A stretch of 64,000 nt of DNA from Eledone cirrhosa (GCA_964016885.1 OZ024741.1:34410001-34474000), one strand, 5' to 3'. Positions 46,558 to 58,281 are shown, counted from the first letter of the stretch. Numbers and translations are program-made. Notes: generated by a model from the sequence alone, not told the origin.

Positions 46558-46671
46558 GGAAAAGAGTCAGGAACCTGACGGCTGAGCTCCAGCCATTTCA
46601 ACAGCTAGGTCTTAACTGATCTAGCTGTCGAAAGAGCAGGAGCTCAGCCGTCGGGTTCCTGACTCTTTTCC
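46558..46671. repeat. 114-bp imperfect hairpin
   Basis: ggaaaagagtcaggaacctgacggctgagctcc pairs with ggagctcagccgtcgggttcctgactcttttcc; inner stem tttcaacagctag/ctagctgtcgaaa. Confidence 0.9.
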
Positions 46672-46752
46672 CTATTACCCACTCTACTACCCTAAGTATC
46701 GAGTACTCTGGTGCGTTATGGTCCACCTGGTATCTTACAACACCTTCTTTGT

Positions 46753-47251
<499 letters not shown>

Positions 47252-48248
47252 ATCATCATCATCATCATCATCATCATCGTTTAACGTCCATGTTCCACGC
47301 TTGCATGGGTTTGGACGGGAGTTTTCCCACTTGAGGCAAGAGTGGTTGTCTTGCTCGCATAGGACTGTCTGGCGGGTTTTCTACAGCTGGATGCCCTTCC
47401 TAACACCAACCACATTTACAGTGTGGGGCTGGCAGGTTTTTACCGTGTTGCCTACACGGCCACATTACAGCGTGGACTGTGTGTTTTTTTGTCGATCTCA
47501 TTTGTTTCGGCCTGGATGTTGTGGCACCAACATAACTTTACATTGAAAGGGGCAGTGTGGATGGGGTGGGGGTGGTGGGACGGGGTTGTATTTTGTTAGA
47601 GATGCCTACTGACTGTAGTAGGTTTTACTTTGTATTTAGGTAAGGCGGGTCTTCTCTATTACTGAGTACCGCCAAAGATCTCGGTCCAGTGACATTGTCT
47701 TGGAGAGGTGTAAGTGTGTGAGGTCGGAATTTATCAGGTCGTCCCAGGTTTTTCTGGGTCTGCCTACTCCGTGGCTACCGTCTATCTTTATTGCCCTGCA
47801 CTTTGTTATACAGCTGTCGTCTTTCATGCGCATCACGTGACCATACCAACGTAGCCTTCTCTCAAGTAAACAACATCTGATCCCTCTTATTTCTAATTTT
47901 TTCCTTAGTTTGTTTATGCTTTGCCGTTCACGTATATTACTATTACACATCCAGCGGAGCATGCAAGCTTCGTTCCTCTCTAGTCTGCGTATATCCTCTG
48001 CACACAATGCCCAGGTCTCACTGCCATGCAACATTGCTGTTCGTATGCAGGCATCATACAACCTGCCTTTCATTTTTAGGGAGAATCCTTTAGCGGCTAA
48101 TAGTGGTATAAGCTCTCTGAACTTTTTCCATCCAGTTCTGACTCTAACTACTGTACTTTCAGAGCACCCTCCCCCACTGCTGATTTTGTCACCCAGGTAA
48201 CGGAAGCTGTCCACTATTTCTATAGAACCCTCTGCACAATTGAAAGAG
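47252..48248 (-). pseudogene. 5'-truncated RTE-clade LINE (C-terminal 192 aa still open, 3' UTR, (GAT)n tail)
   Basis: ORF 47636-48214: FRYLGD...GWKKFREL...KGRLYDAC...MLHGSETW...RRLRWYGHVMRM...GRPRKTW. Confidence 0.92.
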
Positions 48249-48249
48249 C

Positions 48250-48292
<43 letters not shown>

Positions 48293-48299
48293 ATATGTA

Positions 48300-48346
<47 letters not shown>

Positions 48347-48404
48347 ATATATGTGTGTCTGTATTTATTTATGTATATATATGTGTGTGTCTATATATAT
48401 ATAT

Positions 48405-48500
48405 ATGTATGGGTTCAACTAGAAAAGCTCAAACTTTATTCTCTCCAACACCTCCATGAACGCTACATTATCTGCATGATGTGGAAAATTTCCTCACATA
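48405..48500 (+). pseudogene. Small CR1/L2-type LINE C-terminal fragment
   Basis: [24 protein letters not shown] resembles LKELKLYSLERRRKRYVVIYIWKI at 54204. Confidence 0.55.
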
Positions 48501-48709
48501 AAAAATCTTCAAGCATAGGCATCACTTGATATGTGCATCTTTTGTGATGCATGTTATTGCTGGCGATAGGGAAGTCCCTAGCAGGACTAAATAGCTACGT
48601 CTGTGATGCCCATGGTTATGTATCAATCGATGGCATTGCTTAAAATCAAGTTGCAGCCATCATCATTATATGTGTGTGTGTGTGTGTGTGTATATGCATA
48701 AATGCATAT

Positions 48710-49336
48710 CATCATCATCATTTTACGTCCGCTCTTCCCTGCTCGCAAGGGTGGGACAGGTCTTATTCAGCACAGCATCTCTCCACTCGTCACGGTCCTT
48801 CGTCATCTCCACCGTGAGCTTCAACGATCTGAGGTCTGTTCTCACTACCTCTGCCCATGTTTTTCGTGGTCTACCTCTACCACGTCTTCCTTCAACTGGC
48901 ATTTCCTGGCACTTCTTTACCCATCGGTCATCCTCCATGCGCATCACATGTCCATACCACCGCAGTCTTCTCTCCCACACACTGCAACTTATCCCTCTTA
49001 TACACAGTTTCTCTCTTCACACATTCATGCTGGGTCGTTCACGCACATTTACACTGCACATCCAATGGAGCATGCTTGCCTCATTTCTCTCCAGCCGTCG
49101 CATATCCTCTGCAGTTGCTGCCCATGTCACACTACCATGCAGCATTGCACTGCTCACACAGGCATCATATAACCGGCCTTTCGTACGCAGGGAGAAACCC
49201 TTCTTCATCAGCAGAGGAAGCAGCTCCCTAAACTTCTTCCAACCCGTCCTTATTCTAGATACTATGGCCTCGGAACACCCTCCTCCCATGCTAATCTGAT
49301 CTCCTAGGTACCGGAAGCTATCCACCACTTCTATAG
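48710..49336 (-). pseudogene. 5'-truncated RTE-clade LINE, distinct subfamily with a very short 3' UTR
   Basis: ORFs 49017-49370 and 48723-48980: FRYLGD...RRLERNEASMLHWMC; RRLRWYGHVMRM...GRGRPRKTW; (GAT)n tail. Confidence 0.92.
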
Positions 49337-49556
49337 CACATATATATAACATTAATTGAAAAGGTTCCAAGCGATAAGTGTATATGAATATTCGTAAAGT
49401 TGGAGTATTCTCATAGCGAGGGGTAGCTGTAAACCGTGGGATACTATTTGCATAGTAAAAAATTTAGTGGGGTTAAGATATAACCACAAATCAAAAGGAG
49501 TATGGGAGAAAGAGAATCTAAAGTATGAGTATATATATATGTATATATATATATAC

Positions 49557-50040
49557 AGACATGTGATGCATATGAAGGATGACAGCTGCATAAAAAGATG
49601 CAGAGCACTAGAAGTTGATGGAAGCCATGGAGTCAGGAGACCCAAGAAGACCTGGCATGACGTGATAAAAGCCGACCTTACCCAATTGTACCTCTCAAAG
49701 GCGATGACACCCACCGTGACCTCTGGCGTCACACAGTAATACAGAAGACCCGACTTCCCACAGGTACAAGCCAAAGCTGAAGCATATAGATAACATGCCC
49801 CCACCCACTCCCACTGCAAAGTGGTTGTGGAGGTGCCACGACAAAAAAGCACCCATCACTCATTGTAAAAGAGGTTGGTGTTAGGAAGGTCATCCAGATG
49901 TAGAAATCAAGCCAGAATCAGTTCCTGTATGAGCAAGTCAAGGTCAGCCAACCGGGCACTGCCCACAACAGGACAACCCATCTAACCCATGCTAGCATGG
50001 AAGAATGGACGTAAAGCAGTGATGAGGACGATGATGATCA
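49557..50040 (+). mobile_element. RTE LINE 3' fragment with 3' UTR
   Basis: HVMHMKDDSCIKRCRALEVDGSHGVRRPKKTW followed by the shared UTR and (GAT)n. Confidence 0.85.
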
Positions 50041-50106
50041 TATATATATATATTTAAAATGATGGAGAGAACAATACAAATTTATGAATACATATATATA
50101 TTTAAT

Positions 50107-50223
50107 GGCTCACAAGTTGTTTCAAATATTGCACAGTAAGAGTGGACATTGATGTGATATCGAATATAAATCGATATTAGTCCATTAAAAATAAATAAGT
50201 GTGTCAATATTATCCTCAGAACC
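50107..50223 (-). ncRNA. Degenerate type I hammerhead ribozyme with extended stem II
   Basis: Minus strand: ggtt-CUGAGGA-u-aauauugacaca...ugugcaauauu-u-GAAA-caacuug-U-G-agcc. Position 17 is G, so it is probably inactive. Confidence 0.55.
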
Positions 50224-50447
50224 TACAAAAAATACTGGCTAGTGATCTGTATAACTAATCACCTTTCTCTCCTCTTGATTAGCTTATTTGCTTTTTACCT
50301 TGTATATATATATATGCAGAAGTTATATTTAATTTGTTGGGATTCAACAAGCTTAAAAGTTTTATAACTGATATAAAGCACTCAACAGTTACTGGAGTAA
50401 ATATTCAATATATTAATGTATGGAAACTATATTTATAAAACCATAAT

Positions 50448-50512
50448 TATTTTATTATATATATTTCAAAGGCAACCAAGGCAGTTTTGGTGCGCTTTCA
50501 TCAGATAAAATA
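50448..50512 (-). ncRNA. Type I hammerhead ribozyme (left palindrome arm)
   Basis: Reverse complement of 50642-50706. Confidence 0.72.
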
Positions 50513-50641
50513 CAAAATTTGTTTTATAAATGTTGACATACTCGTAGAAAAACAACCTTGACGATTGAAGGTTCGCAGCGAACCTTGAACCGTCAAGGTT
50601 ATTTTTCTACGAGTATGTCAACATTTGTAAAACAAATTTTG

Positions 50642-50706
50642 TATTTTATCTGATGAAAGCGCACCAAAACTGCCTTGGTTGCCTTTGAAATATATATAAT
50701 AAAATA
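50642..50706 (+). ncRNA. Type I hammerhead ribozyme (right palindrome arm)
   Basis: Stem I uauuuuau/auaaaaua (8 bp), CUGAUGA, stem II aagcgcaccaa/uugguugccuuu, GAAA, palindromic stem III A-UAUAUA-U and an AUA cleavage triplet. Confidence 0.75.
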
Positions 50707-50748
50707 ATTATGGTTTTATAAATATAGTTTCCATTTATTAATATATTG

Positions 50749-50813
<65 letters not shown>

Positions 50814-51239
50814 TTTAGGTTTGTTGGTTCACCACTGGATAGAACTGGTCATTCTGTATGGTGGCCACCCGGACTGGCAACTGCTAATATTTTGGCCGCC
50901 TTCTCGTCTTGGGCATCTCTCTGCTTGCTTTCCACCCTCTTGGATTGTGTCTATTATATTCCTTTGTATAATCATCATCATCATCATCATCATAAGACCA
51001 TAATCATCTATATATATGTATATATAAATATATATATAGCTTTTAAGCTATTTTGTAGTATCTCTGTTCATGAGCACACCACTTATTATATTAAATTTAT
51101 CTCCTCGGTGCTTTGTAAAAGTCTGAGAGATTCGCTACATATATGTTTTATATTTTTTTTGTGTGTTTAGATGGAAGACAAAACAAGGACCATGAAGACA
51201 AAACAAAGGTGAAGAAGAGAAAGATAAAGATGAAGAACC

Positions 51240-52822
51240 TCACCACACCACACCACAACACCGCACTACACTACACCACACCACACCACATCATACAACA
51301 CCACACAACATCATATCACATTTCAACATATCACACCACACACCACTACATACCATCACACCACACCACACTGCACCACATCACATCTCAACACACTGCA
51401 TCACATCACACTGCACCACACCAATAAAAACACACCACACTACATTTTCATTCATTCATTTCATTTTATGTCCGCTTTTCCCTGCTTGCAAGGGTGGGAG
51501 CAGGAACTGATTCTGGCTTGATTTCTACAGCTGGATGCCCTTCCTAACACCAACCTCATTTACAGTGAGTGCTGGGTGCTTTTTTGCCGTGGCACCTCCA
51601 CGACCACTTTGCAGTGGAATGATATGGACCCCAGTCCCTATCATCTCATTTCTACAGCTGAGTAAACTGGAGCAATGTGAAATAAAGTGTCTTGCTCAAG
51701 GAAACAACACATCACCCGGTCTGAGAATTGAACTCACAACCTTTCGATTGCAAGGCCAATGCTCTAACCACTAAGCCATGTGCCTCCACATAAAAACGCA
51801 CCACACTACTCCACACCACATAACACCACACCACATAACACCACAACACAACACACAACACTACACCACTCCACATAAGAACACAACACTACACCACACC
51901 ACATAAGAACAAACAACACTACACCACACCAATAAAAACACACAACACTACACCACACCACATAAAAACATACCACACTACACCACACCACATAAAACAC
52001 ACCACACTACTCCACATAAGAACACACAACACAACACCACATAAGAACACACCACACTACTCCATATAAGAACACACAACACTACACCACACCACATAAA
52101 AACACACCACACTACTCCACATAAGAACATACAACACAACACCACACCACATAAAAACACACCACACTACACCACACCACATAAAAACACACCACACTAC
52201 ACCACACCACATAAAAACACACAACACTACACCACACCACATAAAAACACACCACACTACTCCACATAAGAACATACAACACAACACCACATAAAAACAC
52301 ACCACACTACACCACACCACATAAAAACACACAACACTATTCCACACCACATAAAAACACACAACACTATTCCACACCACATAAAAACACACTACACCAC
52401 ATAAGAACACACTACACAACACCACATAAGAACACACAACACTACACCACACCACATAAAAACACAAAACACTACACCACATAAAAACACACCACACCAC
52501 ACCACATAAAAACACACAACACTACACCACACCACATAAAAACACACAACACTACACCACACATAAAAACACACCACACTACTCCACATAAGAACATACA
52601 ACACAACACCACACCACATAAGAACACACCACCCTACACCACACCACACTACATCACATAAGAACACACAACACTACACCACACAACATAAAAACACACA
52701 ACACTACATTACACCACATAAGAACACACCACACTACTCCACACTACTCCGCACCACATAACACCACAACACAACACACCACTCCTCACTACATCACACC
52801 ACACTACTCCACACCACACTAC
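51240..52822. repeat. Degenerate (CACCA/CACTA/CAACA)n pentamer tract with ~25-30 bp higher-order units
   Basis: Recurrent cacataaaaacacaccacactacaccacac and cacataagaacacacaacac units. Confidence 0.9.
51446..51789 (-). mobile_element. SINE family B copy inserted in the pentamer tract
   Basis: Reverse complement is near-identical to 41999-42330; possible TSD ataaaaac(a/g)caccacactac at 51424-51443 and 51790-51809. Confidence 0.92.
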
Positions 52823-52825
52823 AAG

Positions 52826-53243
52826 TCAGGTGGTGAACACTTTGAAACTCGTCGGAGAGAACACCTAACACTGAAAAGGAAGGTTAGGAAAAGAGGCTGT
52901 TCTGAACTGGCTGCTGTTGAACATCATCTGGTTTGCCAGCTCTGTGGTTGAGTCAGCCTGAGCAAAGCTGGTTTGATTAGACATGAACAAAGTCATAACA
53001 GTAGACCTTATGTAGATTATGATCTGAAAAGATGTAAGGAATGTGCAAGCATGAGAGGTCTTAAAAGACACATGAGGACACACAGCCAGAACAAAGCAAT
53101 GGAAGGTTTCGGGGGAGCCTAAAGTTGACATGCGTGTGCCAGAGGGTCTTTGGCTGGTTTAAAGAGCCACATTTGTGCCTCACATTTTTGAACATTTTAT
53201 CGGGCGATGGCAATACTCGAACACGAGTTTGCAGCCATCATGT
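52826..53243 (+). pseudogene. 3' end of an RTE/BovB-like LINE with C2H2-like C-terminus
   Basis: Translates to GGEHFETRRREHLTLKRKVRK, ECASMRGLKRHMRTH and LAGLKSHI, and ends in the stem-loop gatggcaatactcgaacacgagtttgcagccatc. Confidence 0.65.
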
Positions 53244-53247
53244 AATA

Positions 53248-53870
53248 TGTCGGGTCACTCTTAAGTGCTACTGGTAACATGTAACCCAGTACAACCTGTC
53301 GCATGGTCGGGTCGTCGGTGACTAAACCGGCAACCCCACCAAGTTTAATTGGTGAGGAGGGTGATTTTGGACACCCTGCAGGACAAAAACCAAAACCTGA
53401 TAAAGGGCAGAAGAAGTCATAAGAGTCAACGGCCATCCAAAAGTGTGTAAATATGTATATACACATGTACATATGCATGTATATGTGTATATACATGGGT
53501 GCATGTGTATGTATATGCGTGGTGACATAGAAATAGTCGGGCTAGACACTCGATCGTGCGGTTAAACCACTGGGAATGAAGGATCCCTAGCCTTTGTCAG
53601 GGCATTCTTCTAGGAGAAGGCAACTCAGGAAACTGGAATAACTCCAATATAAAACCTGCGGCTCAGTAGTTACTGATGATGTTGATCTTTTCTTCTTTTC
53701 GAGTTATAGCTACTGTCGCTCAGAGAGTGGGATTGGCTCAGTGCACAGTCTTTCCTCATTTTAAAAAATATCTTCACGCACAGGCATTGCACAATAGAAT
53801 TAATTAATAATTATAAATAATGGTATATCGTGCAATGGCCATACTCGATAACGAGGGGGCAGCCATCATG
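53248..53870 (+). mobile_element. Second non-autonomous RTE-derived element
   Basis: Homologous to 42705-43317, with the same terminal stem-loop atggccatactcgataacgagggggcagccatc. Confidence 0.65.
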
Positions 53871-54104
53871 TATGCATGCATGCATGTATGCGTGTGTGTT
53901 TGAGTGTGTGTGTATATATATATGTGTGTGTGTATATATATCTCCATATTTATTCAGCTGATATAGGCTGGATTGGTTGGAATATTCTGACGCGAATTCT
54001 TTCTGCTCTGTTAAATCGAAACAAATCTTGACTTTTTATTTGAAGTTTTCTATATAAGAGACCGGGAGACCATGTTGATACTATGAAGGACATTTGTCCT
54101 AAGC

Positions 54105-54700
54105 CGCCTGGACTATTGCTCCCAGCTGTGGTCACCCCATAGTATCAAACTAACCACGGAACATGAGGCAATCCAATGAAGCTACACCAAGAGGATTGCC
54201 ACGATGAAAGAGATGAGCTACTGGGAGAGGCTAAAAGAACTGAAACTCTACTCCTTGGAACGAAGACGGAAGAGATATGTAGTGATATACATATGGAAAA
54301 TCCTGGAGGGACTAGTGCCAAACTTTCGCATTGAGAGCGGGACCAACCCCCGAACAGGATGTCACTGTGTGGTGACAAAGGTCCAGTCTTCCACATCTAG
54401 GATAAGAAGCAGATATTGCAATAGACTGGGGTTCAAAGGCCCTCAACTCTTCAACAAACTGCCTAGGGATTTGAAAGATCTACATGGTGTGGCCGTGGAT
54501 ATTTTCAAGAAACTTCTCGACACCCTGTTATCCAGGATCCCGGATGAGCCCACATCACGGTACGAAGGTAACCTAAGGGCAGCAGCAACAAACTCCCTCT
54601 TACATCAATGGCAAGCCAACACAGGCTGGAGATAGAATGTGTAGCAACAAGGACAGTGCCCAATCATGGTCTCAGCCAGATGGCTGGAACAACTAAAAGA
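54105..54700 (+). pseudogene. CR1/L2-type LINE 3' fragment
   Basis: ORF 54204-54635: MSYWERLKELKLYSLERRRKRY...GPQLFNKLP...FKKLLDTLLSRIPDEP. Confidence 0.88.
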
Positions 54701-54729
54701 GTATATATATATATATTTAATATAGAAAT

Positions 54730-54781
54730 GGCTTCAACAGGACTAGAACTGTTTCATTCGGAGGAAATCATCAGAAAAGCC
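54730..54781 (-). ncRNA. Type I hammerhead ribozyme downstream of a Penelope-like ORF end
   Basis: Minus strand: ggcuuuu-CUGAUGA-u-uuc cucc gaa-u-GAAA-cag uucuaguc cug-UU-gaagcc. A partial sibling with a GUA triplet lies at about 41120-41151. Confidence 0.65.
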
Positions 54782-54962
54782 GACTGTCAATGTAATATGG
54801 TGGTATTTATACATTTTCTGGTGGTAGGGGAGGGTAGTAAATTGATGCTAAGTAGACAAACACATACACACTGACAGACACTCCTAATGTTCAAGGTTCA
54901 TTTATTCCAAACAAAGAAAGGGTTTTCATTGAGTGGCAATATTAAAATGCTCTGCTAAAGGA
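54782..54962 (-). mobile_element. Penelope-like element 3' remnant (GIY-YIG C-terminus)
   Basis: Minus-strand PLAEHFNIA and KTLSLFGINE resemble the PVAxHFN and TLxPxGLN motifs at the end of PLE endonucleases. Confidence 0.55.
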
Positions 54963-54967
54963 TATAA

Positions 54968-54982
54968 ATATGTGTGTGTGTT

Positions 54983-55035
<53 letters not shown>

Positions 55036-55142
55036 TTTTGAGTATATATATATATATATGTGTGTGTTTGTGTATATATATAATATATATATGTGTGTGT
55101 TTGTGTATATATATAATATATATATGTGTGTGTGTGTTTGTG

Positions 55143-55210
<68 letters not shown>
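54968..55210. repeat. (TA)n/(TG)n compound microsatellite
   Basis: Direct inspection. Confidence 0.95.
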
Positions 55211-55211
<1 letters not shown>

Positions 55212-55214
55212 AAA

Positions 55215-55747
55215 TTTCAATAATATTAAGACTCCCTAATGGGGGTTAAACGCCCTATAGTGAAAATGTTGGCCAATAAATGGAACAAGATTTTTACGAA
55301 CTCCTCCTATGGTTTTGGAGATAGACCCCCATAACCATATATATTCTGAAACTTCATTGCCCAGGGTACTTGGATAAGTATATTTCATTTTGATCAAAGG
55401 GTTCACCGGGGGCACAAACCCCCGCTGAAAACTTTTTCCCTTCGATTTATATGAAACTTAAACCATAGGTAAATGACAAGATATGATGCCGATTCACAAA
55501 AGTTTTCAATTGATATTTTGAAAAAAATTATTTTCAAGAAACAAAATAAGAATAAGATTTAATAATGTAATTTTGATTTGATATATTACAAAAAATGATG
55601 TTTTCCAATTTTTCATGCAATATATTTTACATTGAGTAATATTGAAATGCAGAGTTTTTCTCCATAAATTACATCACTGATTTAAAATCAATCATTTTCT
55701 TACAAAAAAATGTGGGAAATGCAGCAAGGCGCTGGTAATTCGGCTAG
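55215..55747 (+). mobile_element. Probable non-autonomous Helitron, 3' portion
   Basis: Ends with the short GC hairpin cagc-aaggc-gctg about 10 nt before CTAG|T (55744-55748); the 5' end is not identified. Confidence 0.5.
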
Positions 55748-55791
55748 TATATATATATATGAGTGTGTGTATATATATATGTGTGTGTGTG

Positions 55792-56780
55792 TGTGCTCAT
55801 TATGTAGGAGAGGTGTAGGTAGAAACTCCATCCTCTGCCCCATATGCAAACTATGGGTACACAAGAGATGTAGTGGGATCTCAGGAAGTTTAGTTAAGAA
55901 TGTAGGCTTTACATGTAGCAGTTGCACCAGGACAGTAAGCAGCAAACAATCACTGAAAACAAGTGACATCAAAGTCTGGGAGGACTGGGTAAAAACTACC
56001 GAATTAGCAGCGGAGGTGGGTGTTCTGAAAGAACGGGATGGAAGAAGTTGAGAGAGCTACTGCCACAGCTGGATACAAAAGGCTTTTCCCTCAGAATAAA
56101 AGGTAGACTGTATGATGTGTGCATATGAACGGCAATGTTGCATGGTAGTGAGAGCTGGGCGCTGTGTGTAGAAGACTTGCGTAGATTAGAAAGGAATGAA
56201 GCTTGTATGCTCCGATGGATGTGTAATAGTAATATACGCGAACAGCAAAGTATAAACAAACTTAGAAAGAAACTAGGCATAAGAGGAATCAAATGTTGTG
56301 TGCAAGAGAGGAGATTATGTTGGTATGGACATGTGATGTGTATGAAGGATGACAGCTACATAAAAACCCAGGAAGACTTGAGATAAAGTGATAAAAGCCG
56401 ACCTTGCCCAATTGCACCTCTGAAAGGCAATGACACAGGACCAAGATCTCTGGCGTTATGAGGTAATACAGAAACCCCAACTTCCCACAGGCCCAGGCCA
56501 AGGCTGAAACATACATACGGTATGCACCATTCCATCCCACCCTCCCATATATCTTTCATGAGAACAGGCCGAAACACTGTAAAGTGGTCGTGATGGTGAC
56601 ATGGTAAAAAACACCCAGTCCACACTGTAAAGTAGTCGTGGAGATATCACGACAAAAAGCACCCAGTACTCATTGTAAATGAGCTTGGCATTAGGAAGGG
56701 CATCCAGCTGTAGAAACCTAGCCAAAATCAGTTCTTTATGAGCAAGAAATGGTCACCTGACCTAACATTGCCAACAACAG
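55792..56780 (+). pseudogene. RTE-clade LINE 3' portion with deletions
   Basis: CSLCRRGVGRNSILCPICKLWVHKRCSGI; MLHGSESW...RRLCWYGHV; shared 3' UTR. Confidence 0.88.
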
Positions 56781-56781
56781 A

Positions 56782-57172
56782 AGGCACATGGCTCAGTGGT
56801 TAGAGCATTGGGCTTGCAATTGAAAGGTTGTGAGTTCAATTCTCGGACCGGGTGATGTGTTGTTTCCTTGAGCAAGACACTTTATTTCACATTGCTCCAG
56901 TTTACTCAGCTGTAGAAACGAGATGATAGGACTGGGGTCCCTATCAATCCACTGCAAAGTGGTCGTGGAGGTGCCACGGCAAAAAAGCACCCAGCACTCA
57001 CTGTAAATGAGGTTGGTGTTAGGAAGGGCATCCAGCTGTAGAAATCAAGACAGAATCAGTTCCCGTATGAGCAAGACAAGGTCAGCCGACCGGACACTGC
57101 CCACAACAGGACAATCCGTCTAATCCATGCTAGCGTAGAAGAACTGACATAAAATGATGATGATGATGATAT
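56782..57172 (+). mobile_element. SINE family B copy
   Basis: ggcacatggctcagtggttagagc...gagttcaattc...ttgagcaagacacttta, RTE-like tail and (GAT)n. Confidence 0.92.
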
Positions 57173-57237
57173 ATAACAGTTTTATAGCTTGCTTGAAGCA
57201 TTGATGAATAGGAAACACAAATTTAAATTTTGAAAAC

Positions 57238-57572
57238 CAAGTTGAGGGCCTTTGTACCCCAGGCTATTGCAATAGCTGCTCCTTATTCTAGATGTGGAAG
57301 ACGGGACCTTTGGTACCACACAGTGACGTCCTGTTCGAGAATTGGTCCAGCTCTCAATGCGAAAGTTTGGTGTTAGTCCCTCCAGGCTTTTCCATATGTA
57401 TATCATTGCATATCTCTCCCGTCTTCATTCCAAGGAGTAGAGTTTCAGTTCTTTTAGACTCTCCCAGTAGTTTATCTCCATCATCGTGGCAATCCTCTTG
57501 GTGTAGCTTCGTTGGATAGCTTCAAGCTCCGTGGTTAGTTTGATACTATGGTGTGACCACAGCTGGGAGCAG
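57238..57572 (-). pseudogene. CR1/L2-type LINE fragment
   Basis: Reverse-complement homologue of 54110-54450 (IYIWKSLEGLTPNFRIESWTNSRTGRHC...GPQL). Confidence 0.85.
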
Positions 57573-57821
57573 ATTATATATATATATATATACACACATA
57601 TATATAGTAATAATAATACATGTGAAGACTAATATCCAAAGAGGACTCGATAGGGATAAATATATATCAATTGTATAAGAACCATAGAGCAAATATTAAT
57701 AAATATATATAGTAATAATAATAAATTTGAAGACTAACATCCAAAGAGGGCTCGATAAGGATAAATATATATAAAATATATAAGAACCGTAGAGCAAATA
57801 TTTATTAAAATAACAGATTAA

Positions 57822-57873
57822 AGTTTAAGCAAAGAATCGGCTGCTTTCACCCTTAACGGGATCTTCTGAAACT
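57822..57873 (-). ncRNA. Type I hammerhead-like motif (U4A core variant), copy 1
   Basis: aguuu-CAGAAGA-u-ccc guuaa ggg-u-GAAA-gca gccgauucuu ugc-UU-aaacu; all three stems pair. Confidence 0.62.
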
Positions 57874-58192
57874 AAAAAAATCAATCTGTGAACGCAGAAG
57901 TAAATATTTTGAAAAACGTTGCAACCAAAGGAAGACAGGAAGACGATACTTTGGTTTGTGGAGACGTAGTTTTGGGTATTTCTTCCTGCTTGGTACGAGT
58001 ATGTTCTTTGTAGAAATATTCAGATGTTGTTTCTGCATGATGAATATAAGTCAATAGAGTGCTCAACCGAGGGAGCTAAATAATAATAATAATAAATTTG
58101 AAGACTAACATCCAAAGAGGGCTCGATAAGGATAAATATATATAAAATATATAAGAACCGTAGAGCAAATATTTATTAAAATAACAAATTAA

Positions 58193-58243
58193 AGTTTCAG
58201 CAAAGAATCGCTGCTTTCACCCTTAACGGGATCTTCTGAAACT
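58193..58243 (-). ncRNA. Type I hammerhead-like motif (U4A core variant), copy 2
   Basis: Same fold 371 nt away; position 17 is G in this copy. Confidence 0.55.
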
Positions 58244-58281
58244 AAAAAAAAAATCAATGTGAACGCAGAAGTAAATATTTC

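Larger units (their letters stand above)
50406..50748. repeat. Long palindrome: ~171-bp arms centred on 50577, about 6 mismatches
   Basis: Centre aaggttcgc-a-gcgaacctt; symmetry followed out to caatatattaat/attaatatattg. Confidence 0.95.
57600..58281 (-). mobile_element. Miniature Penelope-like element with ~200-bp direct terminal repeats
   Basis: Direct repeats 57713-57908 and 58080-58280, plus a partial one at 57600-57700. The internal ORF MQKQHLNISTKNILVPSRKKY resembles the PLE N-terminal xSTKNIPIPS motif. Confidence 0.72.
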
